A DNA stretch of 56,938 nucleotides, filler included, from Dugesia japonica (taxonomy: Eukaryota), in the NCBI GenBank assembly GCA_001938525.1. It is 5 parts of 5 records of this genome, joined end to end, with 100 filler letters (N's around TTAATTAATTAA, not from the genome) between each part and the next. Parts side by side here need not be neighbours in the genome. Positions count along the whole stretch, not along the records: positions 8,936 to 21,233 come from MQRL01462987.1; positions 21,334 to 38,129 come from MQRL01592695.1; 3 more parts are not named here. One strand, given 5' to 3'. Below are positions 10,355 to 24,470 of this stretch, in pieces. The notes under the pieces are model-generated. The model saw only the letters and a program-made list of their open reading frames with translations, ran no database searches and was not told the origin of the DNA. Position 1 is the stretch's first letter; every line of letters starts with the position of its first letter. The translations under genes and the position numbers were made by a program.

Positions 10355-12235
10355 ATGTGCGTTTATTGTCAGATTAGTTATGCAATTTGTATAATTACGC
10401 GCCTTTTTTTATACTTTATGAATTGTTGAGACGTTTTTTCCTCCATTTAAAATAAATAATAATTTGATGTAAATGTGCAATGTGTATGAAATAGAAAGTG
10501 CAAGTAAGCATTAGGACAAAATTTTCAAAACCGAGGTTTGGAGAAAAAAACTTTGGGCCGGTTTTTCGATGTTAGAAAAGATATATTAATTTTGCGATTA
10601 CTTCAAAAAACCAAGAAAATCGATTGATATGAGTGTTGTTCTAAAGTTTTGGAAATATCCTAAATAATAAAGAAAAAAAGCTTTATAAAATCTCTGAAAA
10701 TCCGAGAGTTTCTAGTTTTGCGGAAATCCGTAGAAGGCGCATGAAAAAATGAATTTATATTAATTTTGTATTATTTACGCTAGTTTTTAAATGGAACTTA
10801 TCCTCTGTTTCCATATTTGAATCGTACGCAAAAATATATTCGCGTTTATTGTCAGAATTGTTATGTAATTTGTATAATTACGCTCCTTATTTTTATAGTT
10901 TACGAATTATTGAAACGCTTTAAGAAAAAAATTGATATGAATGTGCATTCTGTATGAAATAAAAAGTGCAAGTAAGCATCAAGGCTTTCGATTTTGGACA
11001 AATTTTTCTAAACCGAGGGCTCTAATGTGCTACCCGAGGTTCCCTGTTTTTCGATGTTAAAGAAGATATAATAATTTTGCATATTACTTAATCAAAAAAC
11101 ATGAAAATCGAAAATTGTTCTAAAATTTTGGAAATATCGTATTTCTTTAACGAATAAATCTACTTAGGTGAGAGGATAAACGCGCAAGCTATCAATGAAC
11201 CCTTCAAAGAAAAAAATTGGGAAAAAAGCTTCCAATGGTTCTTTATTATATCCAAATAAAACAGTTCTACTCATAAAAAACTATTTTAATATGTTTCTTT
11301 TGGAACTTATTTTAATAGTTTTGGAAATATCCCAAATAATAATGAAAAAAGCTTCATAAAATCTCTGAAAAACCGAGAGTTTCTGGTTGCGGGAAATCCT
11401 GTACAAAAGCTGTATAAAAAAATGAATTTTTATTCGCTTTATTGTATTATTTCCACTAATTTTTAAATTCTGGAACTGATCCTCTGTGATGAAAGCGATG
11501 GTATTGAAATCGTACGCAGAAATATATGCGCGTTTATTGTCAGAATTGTTATGTAATTTGTATAATTATGTTCCTTTTTTTATAGTTTACGAATTATTGA
11601 GACGCTTTTTTTCTCCATTTAAAATAAATTATAATTCGATGTGAATGTGCAATTTGTATGAAATAAAAAGTGCAATTAAGCATTAGGACTTTTGATTTTC
11701 GAGGTTTGAACAAAAACTTAATGCTCAAATGTGCTATCCGGGTTTTCCTGGTTTTTCGATTTTAAAGAAAATATAATTTTGCGATTACTTCAATCAAAAA
11801 ACAAGAAAATCGATTGATGAGTGTTAATCTAAAGTTTTGGAAATATTTATCTTTAATGAACCACTTTGAATAAATCTCATTCGGTGAGAGGATAAACGCG
11901 CAAGCCATCAATGGACCATTCAAGGAAAGAAAGTGCAAAATTGGGGGAAAAAGCTTCGCATGGTTCTTTATGATATCTAAATAAAACATTTCTGCTCAAA
12001 AAACTATTTTAATATGGCACTTTTGGGACTTAATTCAATATTTTTGGAAATATCCCAAATAAAAATAAAAAAAGCTTCAAAAAATCTCTAAAAAACCGAG
12101 ATTTTGCTGATTGGGGAAAATCCGATGCAAAAAATGTGATTGGCGAATGAAAAAATGAATTTTTATTCGCTTTATTGTATTATTTCCGCTAATTTTTTAA
12201 TTCTGGAACTGATCCTCTGTTTTCTATATCTATTT
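10355..12235. repeat. Three degenerate tandem units of ~480-700 bp
   Basis: The shared anchor GCGTTTATTGTCAGA occurs at ~10359, ~10843 and ~11530, followed by shared blocks (aaagtgcaa.taagcat, tttttcgat, ttttggaaatat, aaaaaatgaattt). Confidence 0.85.
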
Positions 12236-13206
12236 NNNNNNNNNNNNNNNNNNNNNNNNNNNNNNNNNNNNNNNNNNNNNNNNNNNNNNNNNNNNNNNNN
12301 NNNNNNNNNNNNNNNNNNNNNNNNNNNNNNNNNNNNNNNNNNNNNNNNNNNNNNNNNNNNNNNNNNNNNNNNNNNNNNNNNNNNNNNNNNNNNNNNNNAA
12401 ATTGATTATTCTGCAGAATTTGTGACATTTATTTGTATTTTTCTGTTACCATTGCCAAGTTGTTCTTTATTACTGATAAAAAATCCATTTAGAAACTATC
12501 GATTGTTTTACTGTTTCGTAAGAAGAAAATAAAAATCTATTCCACCAAAATAATCTGTTCAAAATTCATAGAAATAATCGATTTATTAGCCATCAAAAGG
12601 TTTATTGACAAGTTCTAAATTCTCAAGCCCCAATTGATATTTCTCGAATTTTATTAATTTAATGAGGGAAAACGCTACAAATATGGAAAAAACTGTCAAA
12701 ATTTTTACAATTAAAGTTGAAAATTGGGTTTTTTTATAAACAAATCAATTAAATTGTGCTTTATTAACAAGTTAATAATTAGAATATTAAATCTATTTTG
12801 TTGAAACNNNNNNNNNNNNNNNNNNNNNNNNNNNNNNNNNNNNNNNNNNNNNNNNNNNNNNNNNNNNNNNNNNTGTACAAAATTTATCGAAAACGCAAGA
12901 AAACAACGTTTCGATCTCAGTTATTCAAGCTGTAGTTATATCAAGAAGAATTATTGCTTACTGTTTTAAATGTTGAAATTTCGTATTATATTATCAAATA
13001 AAATGTATTTACCATTAATATCGCAATTAATTTACATCTAATTAACCAGTTAACATCAAATGTATTATTTATACATATAAACAGTTTTACATTATCAATT
13101 TGTAGATATTTATCATTATTATATTAACAAACAAATATTTTTATCATCAAATATTTAATTTAAAATATATTTTCAATTTAAATAACGAAAATAACTTTTA
13201 ACTTAC

Positions 13207-13653
13207 CTAACGTTTTAACATTATGTAAAAGTCCAAATGTTAATGGAACTTCTTTAATTTTGTTATTTGATAACAAAATATTTCTCAATTCAAACATAAA
13301 GCCCATTTGTGGAGGCAAAACTATGATATTATTATAGCTGGCGTCTAAATTTTTCAAGTTTTCAAGCTTGCAAATCTCTTGTGGAAGAGTATCAAATAAA
13401 TTGTTTTTTATAACTAATGTAGTGATAAATGTATGTGAACAAATTTTAATTGGAAGAGTTTTCAAATAACCTGAAAATAATTCAATTAGCTTATATTTAA
13501 TTTTTAAGAAATACCGGTTAATTGTAAACGAAACCAGTCACTAGTTTTTCCCTTTTCAATTTCTTCTTTAGTCATTGCTCGGCTTGGCATATTAAATTCT
13601 GCAGAACCATACGCATTTTGTTTACGCATAGATGATATAAATTCACTGGACAT
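13207..13653 (-). CDS. CNOT6: CCR4-NOT subunit 6 (CCR4 deadenylase), first two coding exons: 13653-13515 and 13470-13207, encoding the LRR domain
   Basis: Spliced translation ...MTKEEIEKGKTSDWFRLQLTG|YLKTLPIKICSHTFITTLVIKNNLFDTLPQEICKLENLKNLDASYNNIIVLPPQMGFMFELRNILLSNNKIKEVPLTFGLLHNVKTLG follows the CNOT6 N-terminus pattern (MS.EE...GK.S.W..L.I.G + LRRs ending LQTLG). 44-nt GT..AG phase-1 intron at 13514-13471; GTAAGT donor at 13206. Nuclease exons were not located. Confidence 0.8.
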
Positions 13654-15899
13654 CTAGTATATAATAGAATAACATATTAATCATTCAAAATTTATTACTC
13701 AAATAAGTTCTAAATATCTGTGGCTAAAATTTCTTACAACAATATATTTTTATTAATTAAAGTTTTAAACTTATCAAAAAGAGGTAAAGAAGTTGACAAA
13801 TAATTTAACAATAGGAATCAAAAATACTAGAAAATTAAAACAAATATATAAATGACACAAGGTCAAAATTTAATAGTATAAACTTTTTAAAAATTTTAAA
13901 TGAATATGTAAATAAATGAAAAATAGTTAACTTTTAAAAAACAATTTATGAGAAGTTGCATAACAAATTAAAAAAAATTATTTTCAAATTTTTTTATTTT
14001 TAAAAATTTTATGAATAAATAACTATATATTTTTNNNNNNNNATTTTTTAACTAATGTAAATTTGTTCAAATACGGATCTTTAAAACCTAGAAATTTTTC
14101 TGGAGTTTAACAATTATATAAACTAATACTTTTTTTCGTTATTATTAATGAAATTCAAAACTAAATCGTTATTTTCTCAATTATAATTTTACAAACTAAT
14201 AAAGAAATTTTCAGATTTATTTTTAAAATTTGCCGAATATGAAATATTTTCTATGAAGTTTCTATTATTATTGAAATAATACTATTAAAATTTTTAAAAT
14301 TATTTATAACGCGAGCATTGCAGACAAATTCATATACAGACCTAAGAAATCTAGTGTACATGTGTTCAGGTGTCCGAAAATTCGTTGCAAGACAACTTGG
14401 AAATGAAACAATAAAAATCTTTGTTTAACAATATTCCTCTCATTTTTGTTTTTTGTTGGTAATTACATTTTTCTATTTAACCATATATCGTATTTAATAT
14501 TTCTACAATATTATTAAAAAAACATTATTAGTAATTTAAAATTTATCAGTAATTATGATATTTTAACAAAACATACAGAATTTGAAATAAAATATTTTAT
14601 TTTTACCATCGCTCCCAGAAAGACAGCTTACCATGAATTGTCCGCGTCAAATTTTCCACGCTTAAATATACATATACACTAAATTATAAAACAGCATGTA
14701 CTTACAATATTTTCTTACGTTAAAAATATAAGTTAAATTGGGAATGACACAATAAAAATAAATAAGTAATCTGATTGAAGTGATAATGTAAACCAACAGC
14801 TCTTAAAACCAATGTCCGATACACCAGAATGTTATTTTAACTTTGACTTGTGAGTCACTTCCTCTCAGTTATTGCTCAAACAACATTCACACAAAGTCAG
14901 GATAAATGATTTAATTTGGTGCATTTCTTATTGTTTGAAAAAAATTAGATAGGAATATTTTTTAAATAATTATGTAACCGGTATCATAATAAAATTGATC
15001 TCCGTAATTCATCTTGCTTTCTTGACTAATAGCAAAAAAAGTCCCATCCGTGGGGGATTGTCCCCACCGCCACACCCTTCCTACACCACTAGATTTTCGA
15101 CAAACATTTCAATAAATTAGAACAAAATAATCCTTTGCAAATCTTGAAATTTATAACTAATGTCAATTTTTATACTTAAAACTAAACTAAAAAAATTTAA
15201 AAGAATATTTTTAAAGATTTAATTTTTATTGAGAATTGTATCACAATGATTTAGTTTTATTAATATAAAGTTAAAATTTTTTAAAAACTTTTAAAAAAGA
15301 AAATTAAAAATAGAAAATTTAATCGAAATATTTATATATAAAATATCTACAAATTAAATTTTTTACAAACTAATGTGATTATTTATTTGAAAACCTCGAA
15401 GCTAGTTTATTAAAACAATCAGCGAGAATTAATACAACTACCTAATATTTTATTGTTAACCTTCCCATTGATAGAGTTAAGAAATAGTATAATTTCTTCG
15501 CATAATTTAGCATTCAATTTTTTCAGCGAATTATGTACAATTATGCTATCATATTTTCGGTTGTTGATCATATTTTCAATTTACACGATGAATGCTGATG
15601 CAAAAAATATAGGATCAGAGGAAATGAATTGTGGATGGTTGATTTCGTGTTTTTTGTTGTATGTAATATTTTTTTTAGTAGAAAAGTATTCAAATAGTTT
15701 GTAATAATTTCACCACTAGGGATGATACACTCGCTGATTGGCTTTTGACTTCAAATGTATAACAAACATTGAATTTTGTGGATATTTTTTTAGTATTCAT
15801 TCGTGGATGAGTTTTTAAAAACTTTGATTGATAATCATCCTTCTTCACTGTATCTGCATAATTCTATCGCGTCTCGTCTCATTAATATATCAAACGCGA

Positions 15900-16100
15900 A
15901 TGATTGCTCTATTTGATTATACTCATCAAATTCTTTTGTCGTTTGAATCCATTCATCAGCTGCTTCAGATGAAACCTAAAAAACAATTTGGTTTTGGGAT
16001 AAGCAATTCTTGTGTTGAAGATGGCAGCTTTGCAAAAATCTTTTGGTAATCATCTTTTTCTTTTTTCGTCAATACGCTTATTTTGGCGTGGTCATCAGTT
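15900..16100 (-). pseudogene. Relic of a gag-like ORF, homologous to 40954-41181
   Basis: The minus strand reads KKEKDDYQKIFAKLPSSTQELLIPKPNCFLG, compared with EKDERQKCFSKLSSSTQELLIPKLSFFDG at ~41010-41100. Confidence 0.65.
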
Positions 16101-16456
16101 AAACGATGTGAACTTTCTATAATTATATATGTAAACAAAGAAAACTATTTATTAATAATGAATTATTTAAGCAATCATTTAATATTAACAAATTTAGAAC
16201 TTTATATCATTTTTTAAATGAAATATAACTTTCCACATTGCTGTCGTTTATGTTTCTTTAAATTCTACTTTCGGTAATTTCCTAAATTAGATTTTTTTTC
16301 TGATTCAGTTAGTTTGGCATCCTTTATATTGTCAGCCTTTTTGTTACTATAATTTCTCTTATACTTGTTAGTTTAATCACTTTTCTAAATGCTGATATTT
16401 CTTGTCTGCCTCTTCCTGTTGCTCCTCAGATTTGTTGATTTAATGGCGTTGATTTA

Positions 16457-17872
16457 ATGAATAAGTTTATTTGTGTTTTAATTTTTATGGACATTGATGA
16501 TAAACCTTCTAATGAATTTTATTGGAAGAAAAAGGAGAATCCTTTCTACAATGATTTTTGTTCAAGGTTGTTAACTTTCGAGCGATTTAAAACCATAAAG
16601 AAGGTATTTAATGCATTCGANAATGTGGTTTATACAGATTTGGAATCCCAAAATATATCTCTTTCAAAGCTTGATGGATTGATCAAATATTTTAACAAAA
16701 GGTTTGCAGAAGTTTACGACCCAGAACGTGATCTGGCCGTAGACGAGAATATGTGCCCCTGGTTGGGTAGAGGTAGAAGTAAGGTATATATGCCTTTAAA
16801 GACAGTTAAATACGGAATCAAATCGAATGCACTTTGCAAATCTAAAACAGGATATGCGTGTGCGCTGATTCAATATAACTCTAGAAAACCCGAAAGCAAT
16901 TTAGATATATTATTGCGGTTCACCAAAAAATACCAAAATAAAAACCATCGTCTGTATATGGACAATTTCTACACTAGTGTAAAAGTTGTCGAGGCAATGT
17001 CAGGAAGAGGTACCTATTGTTGTGGAACTCTTAGGGATAATCGGGGTGGTTCTAAAGATCTTTAAAAAACCGTGAAGCGATTTAAAAAGGGAGAAGGATT
17101 GGTTTATACTAATAATTCAATCAACTGTATTGGGTTAATGGATAATGGTCCGGTAGCGATACTTACTAATATACATTCGAACATAATGGACAATAGTATG
17201 GAAGGTGAGGAGGAAGAGAAATTGAGCAAATCCAATGTAGTTAAAGATTATAATTCATATATGGGTGGTGTTGATTTAATGGACCTAAAATTCTGCTTCC
17301 ACATACTCAACATTGCCTTCCATAACAGTTATGTCATATATAAAAATTTAGTTCAGCTTCTCAGAAAAAAACTTATTTAAATTATCTAATTAAATTAATA
17401 TTTGAGTTTGGAGGGAATAGTGTTGCCGACTTTCCTGAAGAAGAATTTAGAATCATGACAGTAAATGCCCCACCCGCCCAAGTAGAACAGATTTCTAATG
17501 GTGAAGACAAAATCATAGTGCATTTTCCTATTAGAATCGAAAAACGAAAGCAATGTGTGGTATGCAAGATATATTCTTCAAGAACTGAAATAAAAACTGG
17601 ATATTCTAAATGTTTGGTTCCTCTATGTTTATTAGGTTGTTTTGAGGAATATCATAATGGGCCTCGAGAATAAAAAGTATTTAGTTTAATACTTTTCAGC
17701 AGTTTTTTACGATATTTTTTGATTTTAGTAAATATTTTAAAAAATACTTTTTTAAGCCCTATTATTTATTATATATTTTAATATTTAAGCCCCAATATTT
17801 TAAAAATAATTTTTGTTTTTAAAACAAATATTTCGACCACTAATTTTTTAGTAATAACCGTGAAAGGGTTAA
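16457..17872 (+). mobile_element. Decayed, 5'-truncated piggyBac transposon with right end ...GAAAGGG|TTAA
   Basis: DDD motifs AVDENMCPW, LYMDNFYTS and YMGGVDLMD; KYGIK; CGTLRDNR; C-terminal Cys-rich domain CVVC...KCLVPLC..GCF..YH (17455-17673). Frameshift at ~17060-17072 and a deletion after GVDLMD. GGG at 17866-17868 is followed by TTAA at 17869-17872. Confidence 0.92.
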
Positions 17873-18059
17873 TTAGTAAATTTCACAATTATGTATAAAA
17901 TCATCAAATTATTTATATTTATTAAAATATCATATTTCTTTACTATTAAAAAGAAATTATATATAAATGGGTTACTAATTATTTACATTAATTAACAAAA
18001 AACCTTTACATTTTTAAAAAAAATCAATTATTTAAAAATTATAAACACAAATTCGAGTA

Positions 18060-18540
18060 GATATAATAGAACGAAAAGAATTAAACAGAAAGTTTTATGT
18101 ACCTTTTCAATTGGAAATCCAGCGAGTGGTTTGCGATTCTTCGAATCGCAAAGGATTGACAATGGGAAGGGTAAGAAAGCATCTGGTGAATTCTTTTCGT
18201 ACTATTATATCTAATAAAGTTCATTCAATTCTTATTTAAGCTGTGAAAGTGCGGATCATAAGAATAAAGAAAAATATAATACAGTCATGAGAGGAACAGA
18301 AAAATTACATGACAATGCTCACTGCACACCTTAATCAGTAGAAGCTTGGGGTCTTGGTATATGGAAAATAGAAAATTATTACAATCGATAGAATTTAAGA
18401 TTACCAAAGTAGATAAAATTTCATGACTGTGAATTTCCAGCGATAAAGAGCTCTCAGAAAATATGGAAAAATTTTAACTTCTGCAGGCAAAGATATGAAA
18501 TTTAGGGAATTTTAAAAAGAAATTTAGAAGAAAATAGAAA
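18060..18540 (+). pseudogene. Possible highly decayed non-LTR retrotransposon fragment (post-RT region)
   Basis: Only a weak ...P....GLGI-like motif across stops (~18320-18365). Confidence 0.25.
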
Positions 18541-19279
18541 GAATCAAGTTTGTGGATTATCAGTCGCATTACAATCTGTAGACACAGACTACAACCAAAC
18601 GGCTCAGCGTAAAGTCGCCTAAGACCTGAGTGTTATTTTTTGTTGTTTATAAAACTTTGTATTATTTCTTTATTATACTTTCTCAAAAAATGTTTCTTTT
18701 ATTTTCGAAATGAATTTATTGCTGCTTTTTATTAAGCAACTAAAATCAGAACCCCAGAACTTTTAAGCGGAGTCATCAACACTGCAGAAAGAACTAGTAA
18801 TAGGATAACAAGGGTGAGCTATGGTCAGAGCTAAGCATTCTTTAAAATCAAACGTTTCTAAAATCAAGACCAAACTCAACATATAAATAAGATATAAGCT
18901 TTTTACAATTCCCTTTAAACAAGTTTTTTTTGAACAATTCACAATTTAAAGTGGAATAAAGTAAAAAAAATTTATTTATTAACTTGCAAAATTTTTATGT
19001 TGTGTATAAAATAACTGGGGATCAAGAAAAGTTATTTCACAGATAATAAAACAATTGAACAAAGCAACAATAATTGATTAATAAATATATTGAATAAAAG
19101 CTAAATGGACTCGACACCATACAAATACAATAACGTATCTGAAATTAAAAAACATACAAATTATCAGAGCGACCAATAAACAAATGATTAACATATGATT
19201 ATTCCATGATTAGATGGAATAAAAGCAGGCAAAGAAGACTAGACGACGACCTATAAAATTCAGCAAATTTTTATAAAAA

Positions 19280-20650
19280 AAATTATTGTTTCTCCTGAAT
19301 CAATGTGGTTCCATATTGCTATTAGTATATTTTCGAATTAATTTCAACCACTCAGAGGAACCTGGACAAGAATATGAAGATTGTTTATACCACAATCCAC
19401 ATATTGCGAGGAAAACAACTATAGCAGCTTGTACTGGTAAGCGATTTAATAATCCACCAAAAGAACAAAGAACTTTGCGATTTGGATTATTAGCTGTGAA
19501 TGTCGATGAATCAATCTAGATAGTAAATCATTGATTACAGTAAATTAATAATATTAATATCACTTCAGCTCCAAAATTAGTGATAACAGGTAAACCCAAT
19601 CTCACTTTCACACTGAGCTCATCTAATAAACATAGTTCTTGATTGAAATTAAATTTCATATTGTCAAAATATTTTTCATTTGACAAGTCAGATATATACG
19701 TCATGCAATTAGTCAGTATTCCTTTATTGTTCTCAAGTCCCAAAAATATTTTCTATATACATCAGAAATTAAAGAAAAATGTAAAATAATCAAAATTACA
19801 CTTGAAAGTTTATCGCAATCAAGCGTTCTGTTACTTTGTGAAAATTTCTTCATTTCACTTTCATAATTTACTCTATCATTTTGACATTCAATCAGCTTTT
19901 CCATACAATTTTTCATGATTTCAAAGTCTTTGTTCAATGATTTCAATATGACAAAAATATTATCAGTCATGATAACTATTCTGTTGCTCAAATTTTTTAA
20001 GTCTTCTTCCAATACATATCGCCCATCGGAACGAATTTTCATTATTTTATCATTCATGTTTAACAACTCCATTTTATATTCCTTTTAATAATAATATTAT
20101 TATTAATATTATTATTATTATGATTATAATTATTATGATTATTAATATTATTATTATTATTATTATTATTATTANNNNNNNNNNNNNNNNNNNNNNNNNN
20201 NNNNNNNNNNNNNNNNNNNNNNNNNNNNNNNNNNNNNNNNNNNNNNNNNNNNNNNNNNNNNNNNNNNNNNNNNNNNNNNNNNNNNNNNNNNNNNNNNNNN
20301 NNNNNNNNNNNNNNNNNNNNNNNNNNNNNNNNNNNNNNNNNNNNNNNNNNNNNNNNNNNNNNNNNNNNNNNNNNNNNNNNNNNNNNACGTGTGATATATA
20401 CAATTATTATTATTTACTTGTAAAATATCAATAGTAGATTTAAGACTATTTAAATCATTGCCCAAGTCAAGATTTGAGATTTTACATTCAATTCTATCTA
20501 TGCTTTCAATAATAGAATCTAAAGTATGATTATTGGCTAGTCTTTCTTGTTTGGACTGAATACAAATAAATTTCTTAATTAAGATTTCCCATTTGTCTTG
20601 GAGAGAATGTATATCCTTCTTTAAATTCTCATTATTTCCACAACAGGGAT
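19280..20650 (-). pseudogene. Disrupted or spliced coding-like region: coiled-coil segment followed by hydrophobic segments; product unknown
   Basis: Overlapping ORFs 19713-20072 and 19528-19743, with further coding-like sequence at 20400-20650 interrupted by an (ATT)n tract and a gap. No recognisable family motif. Confidence 0.3.
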
Positions 20651-21233
20651 CTACAAAATTTGTAATGAAAAATCCAACTGATGAAACAATTATTTAAAAA
20701 TAATATTTCGAATTGAAATAACATGAAAATTTTAATGGACTTTTGGTAATAATGAAATTGCAATAAATACTGTCCGATTGACAGGGTACACTAATTTATT
20801 CGAAACAATTCCGAATTAATTAAAANNNNNNNNNNNNNNNNNNNNNNNNNNNNNNNNNNNNNNNNNNNNNNNNNNNNNNNNNNNNNNNNNNNNNNNNNNN
20901 NNNNNNNNNNNNNNNNNNNNNNNNNNNNNNNNNNNNNNNNNNNNNNNNNNNNNNNNNNNNNNNNNNNNNNNNNNNNNNNNNNNNNATAAATTTATCTTTA
21001 AATTAAATATCGAAGTTCGTGATAAACGAGACTTCTACGGAAAATGTGTATTAGAGTTTCCATACACCACACTTTCTTTTCTGTTGAGTGATTTCAATAA
21101 TTTCACTTCTCATAAAGTGGCAACTGTCTATTAATTTAGTTAAGACGAATTTTCTGTGGTAAAATCATAAAATAATTGGCTTATTATATGATTGACTTAT
21201 TATGATTGGCTTATTTATGATTGAAATATCATA

Positions 21234-21333
21234 NNNNNNNNNNNNNNNNNNNNNNNNNNNNNNNNNNNNNNNNNNNNTTAATTAATTAANNNNNNNNNNN
21301 NNNNNNNNNNNNNNNNNNNNNNNNNNNNNNNNN
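21234..21333. other. Artificial contig linker
   Basis: N44-TTAATTAATTAA(21278-21289)-N44. Confidence 0.97.
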
Positions 21334-23749
21334 CCGCGGATCTTAAGTTGCCGACCCCTACTGTAGATTATTAAGATATGGACATAGTTTATAAATAGCT
21401 TAGCGATAAGGAAGGATACAATAGAGTAAATATAATACTTTAATTATTTATTAAATAAATAAAATACTGTTTTTAGAAATTGTTGAAGATATTTTGGAAA
21501 AAGAATTCCGAGATTTACGAAGTGATTCAGTATACTAGGCTACTGCAGTATGCGAGCATTGTATCAAAATGTATACTGGAGTATACATTGAAGAAGCCAA
21601 CATAATCTACTTTTTTGGAAAAAAACAGTTGTTTCTATTCCTCAACATGTTGTCAACGAAGGAAATTCAGAAAGATTATAAAACAATTTATTTAATAAAT
21701 CTTTAATAAAAACCTTGTTATTTGTTTTTACTATTAAATATTTTTGTAAAAAAGCAATAATACAACAAAATAGTAAATCAAGTAAAGATTACAATATTTA
21801 TTAACATAATGATTTTAATAATCTTTTGACTACTTCTCACTTTCCACATTTGGGCAACATTATTTTACAGTTTCTTATATCCAAATATTTATAATCATTG
21901 ATTTGCTTAAATTATCGTAGATGTTATTGTCTTCTTCCTTTAAAACAAGAAATGATGTATTACATAGTTGCATTAATTCATCGATTGTTGAAAATAATCC
22001 ATTCAGTACTGATTGATTATTCGAGCCTATTTCAGATATAGAAAGCTGTGGGAACATTTCTTGAGTTTTACAGGATTCGTAATCAAAATATCAATAATAG
22101 TAATTGAATAAATAATATTACCTGGAAAGTATAAGTCACTAGTTTATTGAAGAAAACCTTTTCATATTGGTAATAACTTTGAAGTTTCCCACTTATTTGA
22201 AATCAATAGAATATGCATTATCTTTTGCAACGAAATTCATTTTTAAAATAATGAAAACATTAATAAATGTTTGGCTTTATAAATTCTTAAAATCATTTGT
22301 AATTTTGTAAACATTTGTAAGCATTATGTAATAGTTCCAAGGTAGAAACCTCATGTATGTGTTATGTGTGTCATTCTAGAATGTTAAAGTAATTATTTTA
22401 ATTAATATATATATATTGAAGTAAAATATATTAAAATTGATTTGTTTAAATTCATTGTTTGCATACAATGCAAACTTCTTAAAGTTTGAAACTTAATATT
22501 TCTCATGGATATTAAAATGCTAATATTATTATTGAATGGAGAGATCTAATGTTAATATCGCTCAAAGGAAATTAATTTAACTATACTTGTTTTTTTAAAT
22601 ATCTTTTCCATTATATTTTTTCCCGCGTCTAATGATGAATAACTTGACAACATCATTAATTTTACTTAATTTAAACAAGAATTCATTAATTTCATTTAAT
22701 TTTAACAATAAGTTAAATTTCCGACTGATTATGTAATTGCTGTGGAAAATCACATTGATTACATCGTCGACATACATCGATTACGTAACGAATGTATAAA
22801 TTTGTGTTTCATGTTTGTTAATTGCGTAATCAACTAAATTCAATCTGATTGGCTGGCGAAGTGAGGTTTATATATCTATTAAACTTAAATTTAAATAAAA
22901 TAATTTATAAGCCCACACAGAAAGCAGTGAATAATAATACTTATTAAATCGAAATAATTGGAATTATAAAATGACATTTACTATTTATTATATTGATTAC
23001 TTATTTTAATTAAAATTTAGTATAATGCTTATTATAAATGCAAGTCAATGATTTCGTTTGTATTATTTGAATTACTTTTAAAATGTTATAATTCCCATGA
23101 AATTTGTAAACATGACCATTATGCTGAGAAAGAAGTAATAAATACATTCGTTTTTATTTNCATATGTAATTAATTGAATTAAATATGTTTTAGCTTCGTC
23201 ATTATTATAATTTTATTACTGATAAATCAGTTCAACCAAATCAAATGAAATTGGAATTCACAACGAGTTTCAATCCAAAACCGATTCGTATTTATTTTAA
23301 ATATTTAAATGATGGATTTCCATTGTTTAAGGATTTTAATTTTCTGGTAATTATTTTATATTAAATAAATTGTAAAAAATTTGTAAATTAATTTAAATGC
23401 ATCTCGATAATATTATTTCAATTGCTGAAATTTAAAATATTTATTGCAATTAATAAAATTTCCGGAATCATTTTGTAATCTTTACAACTGTCATATATAT
23501 CAAGTTTCACCTAGCAGTGAATGTGTAAATATGAATGCTAAAATACACACTTATAATCGTAGAAAATGTCAGTATAAATGAAAATTATTTATAATAAAAT
23601 TTACATGAAATTTCATATGAAACAAATCATTGCTATTGTAAAAACGAAAAAAAACAATATTAGAAAAATTATTTATGGCATAATTTAATAATAATATATT
23701 GTAGTAAATGGATAATAGCGCCGTATGTAAAGTTATTTATCTTTTACAA

Positions 23750-24470
23750 AAATGTTTTTTTATATAAATGCGTGTATATACATACATACATGCAAGTATG
23801 TATGTATATCCTATAATATAAAAATTATATAATAAAAAATGCATCAATAAAATTAGAATTGATAGCAGAATTTAAAATAATTTTAAAAAATTCGAAATAT
23901 GAACTTGGCAACCGCCAAATAAAACTAATTGGGTTAAGAATATAGAAGAATTGCTACTAAAATTTAAAACCAGAAAAGAAAGAAATTTGGCAATGGCCAA
24001 TTGGAAAATAGAAGCTTTGAATAATATCAAATATTATATAATATCAAATCAGTAGAAAATATAAACCAAAAATAAAATCTTGACGACAAACAAAAATAAA
24101 AGAATTGAAATTAGAATTCAAAATAAAAAAATTAAAAACTTCGGCAACGGCCAGCAGAGAAATATAGTCATCAAAAATATCTAATTGTTTTGAAATTTGG
24201 TATTATCAAATCTATCAAAAACCATCCATTTTAAGCAATTCAACCAAATTCACTGGACAGTTCTTGATTAAAAAATTAGCAAATTTCTTTTAGTTCTATA
24301 TTTTAATAAATTTGTTGGAAGTTCTGTTAACTTCATTTTTGCATTTTTATTAAAGATACTTTAAACTTATTATATAATGTTTTAATCTTTACACACAGCA
24401 TACATCCCGGTTGTCCCAACATAGAGACAGGAGACGCTTCCGGGCTCAACAGACTTCTCTACCGAAATAA
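23750..24470. repeat. Interspersed repeat, copy 1 (copy 2 at ~27640-28250)
   Basis: Shared TATACATAC start, AACTTGGCAACCGC and CCCGGTTGTCCCAACAT.GAGACAGGAGAC....CGGGCTC in the same order in both copies. Confidence 0.7.

Noticed and set aside
12900-12935. Penelope-type minimal hammerhead ribozyme (minus strand ...CGAAAC)
   Set aside because: No intact CTGANGA core or convincing stems.
15456-15473. Left piggyBac end (TTAA CCTTCCCATTG)
   Set aside because: Only 8/14 match to the right TIR, and unrelated gag-like sequence intervenes.
20074-20465. Poly-Ile and X-rich ORFs (also 2490-2702, 7731-8134, 12140-12532, 50709-50930, 53383-53782)
   Set aside because: Artefacts of microsatellites and N runs.
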